Source of the DNA: an uncultured bacterium
Lineage (GTDB): Bacteria > Fidelibacterota > UBA2242
Assembly: GCA_964605705.1 (NCBI GenBank)
Contig: CAZSDW010000014.1
Span: 7,130 to 71,129, forward strand
Reading direction: 5' to 3'
Length of the DNA stretch: 64,000 bases
Part shown: piece by piece, positions 30,928 to 40,795 of the stretch
How positions within the stretch are numbered: position 1 is the first letter of the stretch
Layout of the letters: the number at the start of each line of letters is the position of its first letter
Notes under the pieces: model-generated
Told to the model about the DNA's origin: nothing
What the model saw: the letters and a program-made list of their open reading frames with translations, nothing else
The model's database searches: none
Position numbers and translations under genes: made by a program

Positions 30928-33072
30928 ATGAAAATTAAGATGTTCCACATTATCATGGTTCTCTTGTTTGCTTTCAATTTGCAGGCGGAAGAGGGCATGT
31001 GGCAATTGTCTCAATTGCCGGACTTGAATCTTGAAGAGATTGGTTTTGAAATATCCGCCGGGGATATTTATAGTCCGGATAAAACTTCAATAAGCAACAC
31101 GATCGTCTGGCTCGGAGGATGTTCCGCGTCCTTTGTATCTGCGGATGGATTGGTGCTGACCAACCACCACTGTGCCTATGGAGCACTGCAGCGGAATTCA
31201 GCCAAAGATAGTGTCGATTACACAGTCGAGGGATTTTTAGCGAAAGACAGATCCGAAGAACTGCCGGCGATCGGGCAGAACGCTTATGTGCTCAATAGTA
31301 TGAGTGATGTGACCGATGAAATCCTGAAAAGTGTCAAGGGAATTGAAGATTTGACCGAAAAAGAGAAGACAATTGAACAGAAAATCACCGATATGGAAAA
31401 GGAAGCAGAAAATGATCGCGAGGACCGATACTGTTATATCGCTACCAACTATAACGGGAAACAATATGTTAAATATTTGTTCAATAAGTATCAGGATGTG
31501 CGAATTGTATTTGCGCCGCCCGGGGCAATTGGCAATTACGGTGGAGATATTGACAACTGGATGTGGCCGCGTCATACCGGTGATTTCACCTATTTACGAG
31601 TATATCAGGCACCCGATGGTTCCGGGGCAAAATACAGTGTGGATAATATCCCGCTGAAGCCGGTTAATTACCTGAAAATTGCGAAAACCGATCTGAAAGA
31701 TGGAGATCTGACCTTTATCCTGGGATATCCCGGCAGGACCATGCGTTACCGCAGTTCTTACTCGGTAAACTGGAACCTGAACCGGACGTATATTCCGCTG
31801 ATTAAACGATTCCAGAGTATTCTGGATATCATTACAGAAATGAGTAATGCGGACCAGGAGGCGAGACTCAAACTTGCCAGTTACGATGCCGGATTAAATA
31901 ATACGATGAAGAATTTTCAGGGCAATGTGGACGGAATGCAATCTTCCAACTTTGTGGAAAATAAACGAGCTTTCGAAGCGGAACTGATGACGTTTATCAA
32001 TTCAAAGAAAAAACTGAAGAAAATGTATGGCGATATCATGGACAATATTGCCGCTCAGTACGAGATCATTGAGAAGACATATGATTACGACCAGGCGCTG
32101 GGTAATTTCGGGGGCTACACAATCGGAGTGCTCTATAATCTGGGATCCGACGCCTACGATGTTGCTCGTGAACGCGCCAAGCCTGAAGCTGACCGCCGCC
32201 CGGAATTTTCGGAGAAACGAGTCAAGGACAGCATGGCAAACCTCGACTATGTTTACCTGCGCTTTTATGAACCTTTTGATAAAATCATGCTGATTCAGGC
32301 GCTGCAGCAGGCGGCGAAACTGCCGGAAGATCAACGAATTTCCGGGTTGGATTTTGTTTTAAATGACTCTACGGAGATTGAAGATTGGGTAGAGAATGCG
32401 TTTGCTAAAACCGGTCTGAAAGATATTGATTATGTCAAAGATCTTTATAATAAAACAGCGGAAGAAATCGAAGCGCTGAATGATCCCCTGATTAATCTGG
32501 CTATTCAGCTCTATGATGCCAAAGACCGTGATTATCAGGAAAATAAGATCTGGAATGCACAGATTATGGACCTTCGCAAGAAATATATCGACGCGCTCTA
32601 TGCCTGGAAAGGTCAGGGGATGTACCCGGATGCTAATAGTACCATTCGTCTGACCTACGGTAAGGTAAATGGCTACAGCCCGGCGGATGGTATCTGGTAC
32701 AAACCGTTTACGACATTGTCTGGCGTGGTGGCAAAAGAAACCGGCGAAGATCCGTTCAATAATCCGCAGAAGCTGCTGGATCTGGCAAAGAAAAAAGATT
32801 TCGGGCAATGGATCGATCCGGAGTTGAACGATGTGCCGGCTTGTTTCCTGGCGGAATGTGATATCACTGGCGGCAACAGCGGCAGCGCCGTGATGAATGC
32901 GAAAGGCGAGTTGATCGGACTGGCGTTCGATGGCAATTATGAAGCCATGACCAGCGACTGGCTCTATAATACGGAACTACAGCGTACGATCGCTGTAGAT
33001 ATCCGCTATGTCATGTTTATTACCGAGAAATTTGCCGGAGCGGATTATCTGATGAAGGAGATGGGATTTTAA
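30928..33072 (+). CDS. S46 family dipeptidyl peptidase (DPP7-like)
   Basis: Signal peptide then EEGMW, GGCSASFVS, TNHHC, DNWMWPRHTGDF, DITGGNSGS; 'AFDG' has Gly at the S1 position, as in DPP7 rather than DPP11 (Arg). Confidence 0.9.
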   Translation: MKIKMFHIIMVLLFAFNLQAEEGMWQLSQLPDLNLEEIGFEISAGDIYSPDKTSISNTIVWLGGCSASFVSADGLVLTNHHCAYGALQRNSAKDSVDYTVEGFLAKDRSEELPAIGQNAYVLNSMSDVTDEILKSVKGIEDLTEKEKTIEQKITDMEKEAENDREDRYCYIATNYNGKQYVKYLFNKYQDVRIVFAPPGAIGNYGGDIDNWMWPRHTGDFTYLRVYQAPDGSGAKYSVDNIPLKPVNYLKIAKTDLKDGDLTFILGYPGRTMRYRSSYSVNWNLNRTYIPLIKRFQSILDIITEMSNADQEARLKLASYDAGLNNTMKNFQGNVDGMQSSNFVENKRAFEAELMTFINSKKKLKKMYGDIMDNIAAQYEIIEKTYDYDQALGNFGGYTIGVLYNLGSDAYDVARERAKPEADRRPEFSEKRVKDSMANLDYVYLRFYEPFDKIMLIQALQQAAKLPEDQRISGLDFVLNDSTEIEDWVENAFAKTGLKDIDYVKDLYNKTAEEIEALNDPLINLAIQLYDAKDRDYQENKIWNAQIMDLRKKYIDALYAWKGQGMYPDANSTIRLTYGKVNGYSPADGIWYKPFTTLSGVVAKETGEDPFNNPQKLLDLAKKKDFGQWIDPELNDVPACFLAECDITGGNSGSAVMNAKGELIGLAFDGNYEAMTSDWLYNTELQRTIAVDIRYVMFITEKFAGADYLMKEMGF

Positions 33073-33120
33073 CAGATATAGTGGACTTAATATCTAATTA
33101 ATCGCTTAGATATATCCGGA

Positions 33121-33155
33121 AAATGCACCTTTGATGATCTATTGAAGGTGCATTT
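33121..33155. terminator. Hairpin between convergent genes, probable bidirectional terminator
   Basis: AAATGCACCTTTGAT-GATCT-ATTGAAGGTGCATTT. Confidence 0.65.
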
Positions 33156-33184
33156 ACTATATCTTGAAAATGACCGGAAAACAA

Positions 33185-34408
33185 TCAATCTTCGGCAATT
33201 TCGTTATAAATCAGCATCTCGGTGTTGTAAGCGGTTTTATCGATGCCGGTTACCCGGAACAGGATTTCGAAATATTTTGGTGTTTTCCCATATTTGTCTC
33301 TGAATTTTTGCTCCACAAAATTCCTGGTCGGTTCGTTTACCAGGAAATTGACCACTTCCGGTGCTCCAAGGGAATGATAAGAAGCGATAATAAAAATGGA
33401 GTTATCTGCGGGACCCGGCAGCTTCAGGGCTAAAACCAGATCTTCGTTCGGACCGGTCGAATGGAGCGTCGTTTGGTAAACCTGTGTTTCGCTGCTGTCG
33501 GCTGGAGTATAGGTTACTTTATGGGGCAGTATTTCAAAGCTGAAATGGGTTTTTGATAAGGTGTGTTTTAAAATATAGAGTGTTTTTATACTGCCCACAT
33601 AGATGATGTTAAATTCACCGAGAATCTGTGGACTGATAGATGATGATCTGCGCATAATTGGTTTTTGACCCACCGAGTTCAGGACGGAGAGAATCGGGGG
33701 CAGGCTCCAGATACTATGGTACGGGAAGTAGGGTTCTTCGGTTGGTTTTATATCATCGTTTGGGTGCTGTGCTTTTAACTGCTCTAATTCTTCCAATGAG
33801 TTGATTCTTCCGTCGCGAATACTGATTACATCTTTATATTTTTCACTGTAATCATTAAAGAGCAAGTGATCTCCCACAACAATCAGTATGGGTAATTCTG
33901 ACTGTAAATAATCTCTCCAGATGGAATCATTTTTTTCGATGACCTGATGACTGGATAGCTTTTTACGAATGGATTGATCCCGTACCCAGAGTACTGCCAG
34001 CAGGCAACATAGCAATAAGATGATTAAGACTTTATACTGTTCTCGCAACCAATGAAATATTTTGCGGGGATGATAGAGATTTTCACTGGCGGGTACAAAT
34101 TTTGTTATGTAATGACCTTTTGGAATTCTCAGACGATACTTGTCGTCTTTTCCTTCATTATAATAGTAATTTTGCAGTTTTTTACGCAGGGTATAGGTAT
34201 GTGACCGTACGGTTGTATCTTCGGCGGGATTAAAACTGGCATCCTTTCCGAAAAACTCGATCGCAATCGTGGTCTCCTTTAAGCAGGTATCTTTCTTGTT
34301 GGCTTCCACGAGATATCGAAGATATTCCACATACGTTTTGGAGCCAGAGAACTCATCACTATTAATTATTTTCTCAAGACACTTGCTTTGAATTATTTCG
34401 ATGGACAT
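33185..34408 (-). CDS. Putative membrane-anchored one-component regulator (N-terminal winged-helix-like domain, one TM helix, periplasmic domain)
   Basis: 'YLRYLVE...LKETTIAIEFFGK...DTTVRSHTYTLRKKL..YY...RLRIPKGHY' resembles an OmpR/CadC-like wHTH; TM 'VLIILLLCCLLAVLWV'; divergent from the TonB receptor. Confidence 0.6.
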   Translation of the reverse strand: MSIEIIQSKCLEKIINSDEFSGSKTYVEYLRYLVEANKKDTCLKETTIAIEFFGKDASFNPAEDTTVRSHTYTLRKKLQNYYYNEGKDDKYRLRIPKGHYITKFVPASENLYHPRKIFHWLREQYKVLIILLLCCLLAVLWVRDQSIRKKLSSHQVIEKNDSIWRDYLQSELPILIVVGDHLLFNDYSEKYKDVISIRDGRINSLEELEQLKAQHPNDDIKPTEEPYFPYHSIWSLPPILSVLNSVGQKPIMRRSSSISPQILGEFNIIYVGSIKTLYILKHTLSKTHFSFEILPHKVTYTPADSSETQVYQTTLHSTGPNEDLVLALKLPGPADNSIFIIASYHSLGAPEVVNFLVNEPTRNFVEQKFRDKYGKTPKYFEILFRVTGIDKTAYNTEMLIYNEIAED

Positions 34409-34525
34409 GCCAAAAACGTAATTAATCTTTCTTTGAAAAGCAAAATAAAATTTTTAAGCGTTTTGAAGATCATATCGATTATAATTATGTAAAATGTTTG
34501 CCGCTGTTTTTTTATGTTTTTCATT

Positions 34526-34555
34526 GTTGTTCACAGTTGTTCACAGTTATTGACT
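34526..34555 (+). promoter_or_regulatory. Tandem 10-bp direct repeat abutting a -35-like hexamer; candidate operator
   Basis: GTTGTTCACA-GTTGTTCACA-GTTA then TTGACT (34550-34555), in the divergent regulator/TBDR intergenic region. Confidence 0.5.
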
Positions 34556-34676
34556 TTTTTTGACGAAAAATATCCTGAACATTCATAACAATTACGCAAA
34601 ATCTATTAAACGGACACGGGGTCGAAGGCGAAAAGGTAAATTTAAAGCATATCATGATATCTTTAATTGAGAGTAG

Positions 34677-37600
34677 ATGAGGGTGAAAATGAGAAGTTTA
34701 GCGGGATATTTTTGTGTAGGTATTTTGATATTGATGGTTGGTGCCAACATTCTTGATGCCGCTGTTATTAGTGGACAGGTTACCGATCAGCAGACGGGTA
34801 AAATTTTAATTGGTGCCAATATTGTCCTGGTCGGTTCTGAAGGATTGGGAGCAGCAACCGATTATGACGGTTATTACCGGATCATTAATGTAAATCCCGG
34901 TGAATATATTGTTCAGGTTTCATATATAGGGTACGAGACAAAAGAAGTTGCAGTTCAGGTTACTTCCGGGAAAATCTCATTGCTGGATATTGAATTGCTC
35001 TATGGTGGAGCGCTTCAGGGTAAAGAGGTCATTGTCACCGCACAGACCAAAGGGCAATTGTCTGCCATTAACCAGCAAGTCAATTCCAATACAATTATCA
35101 ATGTTATTTCAGAAGAAAAAATCCAGGAATTACCCGATGCGAATGCCGCAGAGGCTATCGGTCGCTTGCCCGGCGTTTCGATTCAGCGGTCCGGCGGGGA
35201 AGCCAATAAAGTAGTTTTACGTGGTTTGAGTGACCGCTTTTCAAGCATAACTGTCGATGGGATCAGGATTGCATCCACAGATGCCAATTCCCGGGGCGTG
35301 GACCTTAGCACGATTTCTCAGGGGAGTCTCGCCGGGGTCGAACTTTATAAAGCGCTCACTCCGGATAAAGATGCCGATGCCATTGCCGGGAGCGTGAACC
35401 TGGTTACCAAGAAAGCGCCATCAGAACGACTGCTCAGGCTGGATGCCAAGGGATCCTATAACGACCTGGATCAAAGCTATGACCAGTACGATTTCAATTT
35501 TCGCTATGGTCAGCGGTTTTGGAAAGATTTACTGGGCTTTCAGCTGACAGCCAATACTGAAAAACGGGTGCGAAGCCGGGAATATTATGATGTCGATTAT
35601 AATCAAAATCTTGATGAGGAAGGAACCGAATGGGAAATCAGTGATCTTGAAGTCGATTATACCAATGAAATCCGCAAACGGAGCGGTGTAAGCGCCTTGC
35701 TTGACCTTGCCACACCCGACGGCGGGACAATCCGGTTGAATAATATTTATAATAAAACTATGCGGGATTATATCGAATACGGGAGAAATTATCCCACCTC
35801 ATCGGAAGCATTACAATACAGCGCCCGTGATCGCGAACAGAGTATATATACCTATAATAGTTTCATCAAGGGTGATAATTATATAGGTGGATTGGAATTC
35901 GATTGGGGGCTCGCTTATGCCCAATCGAAATCAGAATACCCTTTTGATTATGAAATTGATTTTTTAGAGCCTTCGGCTCTGGATGATGAGGGGAACCCAA
36001 TCTCTCACATGCTTCCGGTACCTGTGGGTTTCCACGGACCACTGGAAGATTTAGTCGATTATGCACTTAATAATTTTGATATGGCTTATTTCAATACCGC
36101 CTTTTACAGAGAAGAATTGTCAAAAGAGATTAATAAAAATGTATTTCTGAATATTTCTAAAAAATATACTTTCAGCGATATTGTCTCCGGTGAATTAAAA
36201 TTTGGCGGTAAATATAACAGTAAAGCCCGTTCACGTTCCCAGTCCGAGCTGTTTGCCCCTTATTATAATGTACCGTTCTCAGAATATACCATGCTGGCGG
36301 ATGGCTCTGTTGTGCTAAAAGATTTTACCGGAACCCGATTTGAGAACTTCAACAATGTGGGAGGGAAAATCATCCTTTTCAACAATTTTTTGGAAGAAAA
36401 CCCGGAGAGCCGGGACGTGTTCGATCAGTATAGCCTCTATCCTTTAATCAACCAGAATGCTTTACGAGACTGGTGGGATTTGAATAAAAATGGTTATTCA
36501 GATCCGGATGGAGATCAGCCGGAATACAATCGGAATCGGGAAGCCGATTTATTCTATTATGATATCATTGAGAGAGTTTCTGCCGGTTATTTGATGAATA
36601 CGTTCAATATCGGGCAAAAGATTACCTGGATTGCGGGTATCCGTGCGGAAACAGAAAACAATGATTATGATTCCCGTTTTTCTCCGAGCGACCTGTCCGG
36701 TTACCCGGTACCTGACGGGCTGATCCAGGATACTTCGGCAACCCACAAAGAGACTGTCTGGCTGCCCAATACTCATTTGAATTTTAAGCCAACCAATTTT
36801 ATGAGTATCCGATTGGCGGCATACAAGGCTCTGGCTCGTCCCGATTTTAATCGTCGGCTTGCTAATTATTCTTCCCGAAAATACGGTACTTTCTATCAGA
36901 GTAATTCGTTTATTATCGGCAATCCGAATCTTAAAGCGGCACAAGCCTGGAATTATGAGGTGAATACGTCCTTTTTTGGTAAAACAATCGGGCTTTTCTC
37001 AGTATCGGCTTTCTACAAGGACATTAAGGATATGTATCATCTCATGGATGCTTTATTATTTAAAGGGCGCGGCGTTCTGGACAGTATTGGGGTTCAGTAT
37101 ATTCCCAGCTTTGCCGATCAGTTATATGAACTGACCTATCCGTATAATTCTCAAAAACCCACCAAGGTGTGGGGACTTGAAGTGGAACATCAGGCAAATC
37201 TGAGATTCTTACCCGGAATACTTAAGAATATCGTAATCAACTATAACTTTACGATTGTTCGGTCGGAAACCTATATCCCCAGTGTCTTAATTGAGGAGTA
37301 CCTGGAACAGCTGCCGGGATTTCCATTTCCGACTAAAAAGTACCGGTATCTATTACAGGAGCACAAACAAAAGCTGGAAGGTCAACCCGAATTTTTCGGC
37401 AATTTATCTATCGGTTATGATATTGGTGGTTTTTCCGCCCGGATTTCTGTCTTTCACCAGGGAGAATTCAACCGCACATTCTCTCCGACTCGACGAGCCG
37501 ATACCATTGAAAAAGAATATACCCGCTGGGATTTGGCAATTAAGCAGAAGGTAACCCAAAATATTTCATTAATGGTAAGTCTGAACAACTTGACCGATTT

Positions 37601-37706
37601 GCAGGAAGGTACCGGGATCATCAACCGGATCAATAACTGGAATTTTGTTGATAACAAAGAACGTTATGGAATGACGGCGGATTTTGGTATTCGTATAGAA
37701 TTATAA
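34677..37706 (+). CDS. TonB-dependent receptor with N-terminal CarboxypepD-reg-like domain
   Basis: Signal peptide; LIGANI..GAATDYDGYY; EVIVTAQ; plug 'LPDANAAEAIGRLPGVS', 'YKALTPDKDADAIAGSVNL'; 'GNPNLK'; C-terminal strand FGIRIEL. Confidence 0.92.
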   Translation: MRVKMRSLAGYFCVGILILMVGANILDAAVISGQVTDQQTGKILIGANIVLVGSEGLGAATDYDGYYRIINVNPGEYIVQVSYIGYETKEVAVQVTSGKISLLDIELLYGGALQGKEVIVTAQTKGQLSAINQQVNSNTIINVISEEKIQELPDANAAEAIGRLPGVSIQRSGGEANKVVLRGLSDRFSSITVDGIRIASTDANSRGVDLSTISQGSLAGVELYKALTPDKDADAIAGSVNLVTKKAPSERLLRLDAKGSYNDLDQSYDQYDFNFRYGQRFWKDLLGFQLTANTEKRVRSREYYDVDYNQNLDEEGTEWEISDLEVDYTNEIRKRSGVSALLDLATPDGGTIRLNNIYNKTMRDYIEYGRNYPTSSEALQYSARDREQSIYTYNSFIKGDNYIGGLEFDWGLAYAQSKSEYPFDYEIDFLEPSALDDEGNPISHMLPVPVGFHGPLEDLVDYALNNFDMAYFNTAFYREELSKEINKNVFLNISKKYTFSDIVSGELKFGGKYNSKARSRSQSELFAPYYNVPFSEYTMLADGSVVLKDFTGTRFENFNNVGGKIILFNNFLEENPESRDVFDQYSLYPLINQNALRDWWDLNKNGYSDPDGDQPEYNRNREADLFYYDIIERVSAGYLMNTFNIGQKITWIAGIRAETENNDYDSRFSPSDLSGYPVPDGLIQDTSATHKETVWLPNTHLNFKPTNFMSIRLAAYKALARPDFNRRLANYSSRKYGTFYQSNSFIIGNPNLKAAQAWNYEVNTSFFGKTIGLFSVSAFYKDIKDMYHLMDALLFKGRGVLDSIGVQYIPSFADQLYELTYPYNSQKPTKVWGLEVEHQANLRFLPGILKNIVINYNFTIVRSETYIPSVLIEEYLEQLPGFPFPTKKYRYLLQEHKQKLEGQPEFFGNLSIGYDIGGFSARISVFHQGEFNRTFSPTRRADTIEKEYTRWDLAIKQKVTQNISLMVSLNNLTDLQEGTGIINRINNWNFVDNKERYGMTADFGIRIEL

Positions 37707-37814
37707 ATCTGAAAAGCAAAAACAATTTAAATGATGCAAGGAAAGGGGGAAGCAAAAAAAGTGTTATTAGGTGTAAAATTTTTAAGCAAACGGATCAACA
37801 AAAAGGAGAATATT

Positions 37815-39449
37815 ATGGTGAGTTTTAAGAGAAGGAATGTTCTGATCATTCTGACCCTTTGTTTGCTGATTTCCGGGATGACATTTGCTGATGAGCTCAT
37901 CATTCCCGGTGCTGTATCGGCAGACGATTTGTTAAATGATGCAATTGCCGGTGATACTACTGCGACCGGCGCGAGAATTGATTCAAACCGTGTTTACGTG
38001 CTTGTGCGTGATGCTATCTATTTCATCAATACAACTATCCGGAATGATAGCTGGCCGATCAATATCAAGGCACAGGATGGCACGGGTGCCCAACCGGTGA
38101 TTTATTCGGTAGTCAATCCTGTATCCGGTAGTGATCCCGGTGATTTATTCCGGATCAAAGGTGATATTTCTTTAAAGAATCTGACCATTGTCGGATTTCT
38201 GGAAGCCGATCCGGAAGGCGTATCTTCCATTGGAAATTCGGCTGTTCGAACCGATGCCGCCGGCTTTGATGTCGTGATAGACGGATGCCTGCTCACCCAA
38301 TGTCGTGGTCAGTTTGTGCGAACCGAGAGCGCCGCCCGAGTTGTCAAGATTACGAATTGTATCTTTGCGAATATGGGAGATCTTGGGCGGTCGAATTTTG
38401 GAGCCGGCAAGGGGGTTGATTTTCGGGGAGCATCCTGTGATTCAGCTATCTTTATTAATAACACGTTTGTCAATTTTCAGGACCGGATTATTCGTCACCG
38501 GTCAAGTTCCGCTTCCATCCGGAACCTGATTTTCGATCATAACACATTAGTGAACGGAATGTCCTATCACGGAACTCTGGCGTTGGGCTGGGTTGGTGAA
38601 AAGGTTCAGATTACCAACAACCTGTTCATGGATACATTTGTAGCCGGACAGGATACGGATGCGGTTCGACAGTCTGAATTTGACGAATGTGCTGAGCAGG
38701 ACAGTTATGGTTTTGCGAAGATGACCTGGATATCGTCTGTTCCGAATGATTCGACGACCTGGGATGTCAGGAGCAATTATTATGGAGTTTCGGCAGCCGT
38801 ACAAGCTTTTTATGATGAAGTTGCTGCCACAGATAATGCGTTTCAGGGCGAAGGTGATCCGCTGACGGCGCATATCACCGGTAAAAGTGGCGTGACAGCT
38901 TTTGTAAAAGAGGCAATCGCGTTAAGCAACAGACCGGAGCCGATGGTGAATATGGCGCGATGGTACCGGTCTCCGACGGGTGGTAACAAGACCAAAGCGA
39001 CGACTAATTTCAACCGGGCGACGGATGATTATGATCGCCGCAAATGGCAGTATTTCGCCGATACACTGGATTGCTCGTATTCAACCAGTCTGGCGGCATA
39101 TACTGGTAGTACGAGTGGCGGACCTGTGGGTGATTTGAATTGGTCAGCAGGAGCTTCGGCAATTGACAACCAGGCTGTTGTCATCAAATCTTTCCGCTTA
39201 AATCAAAACTATCCCAATCCATTCAATCCCACAACCCGCATTAGCTTTTCCCTGGAAAAGGCTGATTATACGACTTTGACTGTGTATAACATGCTCGGAC
39301 AGATTGTGGCTACTCCAGTGGCAAAAAAGTTAAGTCCCGGGAGCCATGAGATTTCTTTTGATGCATCTAATCTGGCGAATGGAATCTATTTTTATCGTTT
39401 AAATTCCGGAAATCAGGTTTCCATTAGGAAAATGATGGTGCTTAAGTGA
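37815..39449 (+). CDS. Secreted parallel beta-helix-like protein with C-terminal T9SS-type sorting domain
   Basis: ATG at 37815 after AAGGAG; signal peptide; Asn-ladder repeats (ITNCIFAN, FINNTFVN, FDHNTLVN, ITNNLFMD); 'QNYPNPFNPTT...GIYFYRL...RKMMVLK'. Confidence 0.75.
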   Translation: MVSFKRRNVLIILTLCLLISGMTFADELIIPGAVSADDLLNDAIAGDTTATGARIDSNRVYVLVRDAIYFINTTIRNDSWPINIKAQDGTGAQPVIYSVVNPVSGSDPGDLFRIKGDISLKNLTIVGFLEADPEGVSSIGNSAVRTDAAGFDVVIDGCLLTQCRGQFVRTESAARVVKITNCIFANMGDLGRSNFGAGKGVDFRGASCDSAIFINNTFVNFQDRIIRHRSSSASIRNLIFDHNTLVNGMSYHGTLALGWVGEKVQITNNLFMDTFVAGQDTDAVRQSEFDECAEQDSYGFAKMTWISSVPNDSTTWDVRSNYYGVSAAVQAFYDEVAATDNAFQGEGDPLTAHITGKSGVTAFVKEAIALSNRPEPMVNMARWYRSPTGGNKTKATTNFNRATDDYDRRKWQYFADTLDCSYSTSLAAYTGSTSGGPVGDLNWSAGASAIDNQAVVIKSFRLNQNYPNPFNPTTRISFSLEKADYTTLTVYNMLGQIVATPVAKKLSPGSHEISFDASNLANGIYFYRLNSGNQVSIRKMMVLK

Positions 39450-39482
39450 TTTCCGGTGTTTTGATCTGATATCTGTAACTTG

Positions 39483-39521
39483 GCAGTTGGGAGAGTGATT
39501 CACTCTCCCAATTGCTATTTT
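39483..39521 (+). terminator. Strong intra-locus hairpin or terminator
   Basis: GCAGTTGGGAGAGTG-ATT-CACTCTCCCAATTGC followed by TATTTT. Confidence 0.7.
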
Positions 39522-39538
39522 CGAAGGTTATCGGAATT

Positions 39539-40765
39539 ATGGACTTATTGAATCGCAGGTACACAGAAAGAAGCCGACTGTTATTATTTGTAGTTATTCT
39601 CCAACTTCTATTTTCATGTAATTCCCGAAATTCGCGAAGAACTACAGAGTTATGGTCAGTGCGAATGGCAGAATCAGTGATGCAGCGAAGTCCCGATCCA
39701 TGGACCCTCGATTTTTCCCGGGAACCGGAGTGGGAGTACACCTATGGACTTGTCCTGAAAGCAATTTTCCAGCTCTGGCTGACTACCGGAGATGAGCGCT
39801 ATTTTCATTATGTCAAAGCCTATTATGACCATTTCATCGATTCTGATGGAAATATCAAAGGCTATAATCCTGAAGAATATAATATTGATCGAATCAATTC
39901 CGGAAAAGTGTTGTTTCAGCTGTTTGCCGAGACCGGTGAAATTAAGTATCAGAAAGCAATTAAGCTTTTACGCAGCCAGATGCTGACGCACCCACGCACG
40001 ATGGAAGGCGGTTTCTGGCATAAAATGATATATCCGCACCAAATGTGGCTGGATGGTATTTATATGGGTTCGCCATTTCTGGCTGAGTATGCCGGAACCT
40101 TTGGTGAACCGGAAATTTTTAATGATGTTGCCCGGCAGCTGATATTAATGGAACAGCGGGCACGTGATGAGCAAACCGGCTTGTTATTTCATGGCTGGGA
40201 TGAAAGCAGGCAGCAGCTTTGGGCGAATCCACAAACAGGTCAGTCTCCCAATTTCTGGGGGCGAGGTACCGGCTGGTATGCGATGGCAGTTGTCGATGTA
40301 CTGGATTTTCTGCCGGATGACCATCCGGCGCGATATAATATTTTAGCAATTCTGAATCGCCTCGTTGAAGCGATTGTGAAGGTTCAGGATAAAGAAACCG
40401 GCTTATGGTACCAAGTGCTGGATCAGGGAGGTAGAGCAGGAAATTATCTCGAATCGTCAGCGTCATGTATGTTCGTTTACAGTATTGCAAAAGGGGTGCG
40501 AATGGGCTATCTTGATTCGAAATATTTATCCAATGTCCTCACCGGATATGATGGAATTCTGAAAAATTTTATTGAAGTTGATAACGACAATCTGGTTAAC
40601 ATAAATCAGGCGTGTGCGGTTGCCGGACTTGGCGGAAATCCGTATCGCGATGGTTCCTATGATTATTATGTCAATACTGCGATAGCCCGGAATGATCCGA
40701 AGGCGGTCGGTTCGTTTATTCTCGCCAGTCTCGAAGTGGAAATGATCAAAAATCCTCAAAAATAA
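39539..40765 (+). CDS. Unsaturated rhamnogalacturonyl/glucuronyl hydrolase, GH105 (YteR-like), probable lipoprotein
   Basis: WEYTYG, YNIDRINSG, GGFWHK..YPHQMWLDGIYM, HGWDES, FWGRGTGW, YLESSAS; lipobox LFSC. Confidence 0.9.
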   Translation: MDLLNRRYTERSRLLLFVVILQLLFSCNSRNSRRTTELWSVRMAESVMQRSPDPWTLDFSREPEWEYTYGLVLKAIFQLWLTTGDERYFHYVKAYYDHFIDSDGNIKGYNPEEYNIDRINSGKVLFQLFAETGEIKYQKAIKLLRSQMLTHPRTMEGGFWHKMIYPHQMWLDGIYMGSPFLAEYAGTFGEPEIFNDVARQLILMEQRARDEQTGLLFHGWDESRQQLWANPQTGQSPNFWGRGTGWYAMAVVDVLDFLPDDHPARYNILAILNRLVEAIVKVQDKETGLWYQVLDQGGRAGNYLESSASCMFVYSIAKGVRMGYLDSKYLSNVLTGYDGILKNFIEVDNDNLVNINQACAVAGLGGNPYRDGSYDYYVNTAIARNDPKAVGSFILASLEVEMIKNPQK

Positions 40766-40795
40766 AGCAACTCTATCGTATAAACCGGAAACAAG

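Noticed and set aside
34526-34545. TTGTTCACA repeats as DnaA boxes / oriC
   Set aside because: Only two mismatched boxes, no dnaA-region genes, and the position in a regulator-TBDR divergent promoter is better explained as an operator.
39512-39538. ORF-track TTG start for GH105
   Set aside because: It falls inside the strong hairpin at 39483-39515; the ATG at 39539 gives a more plausible lipoprotein signal.
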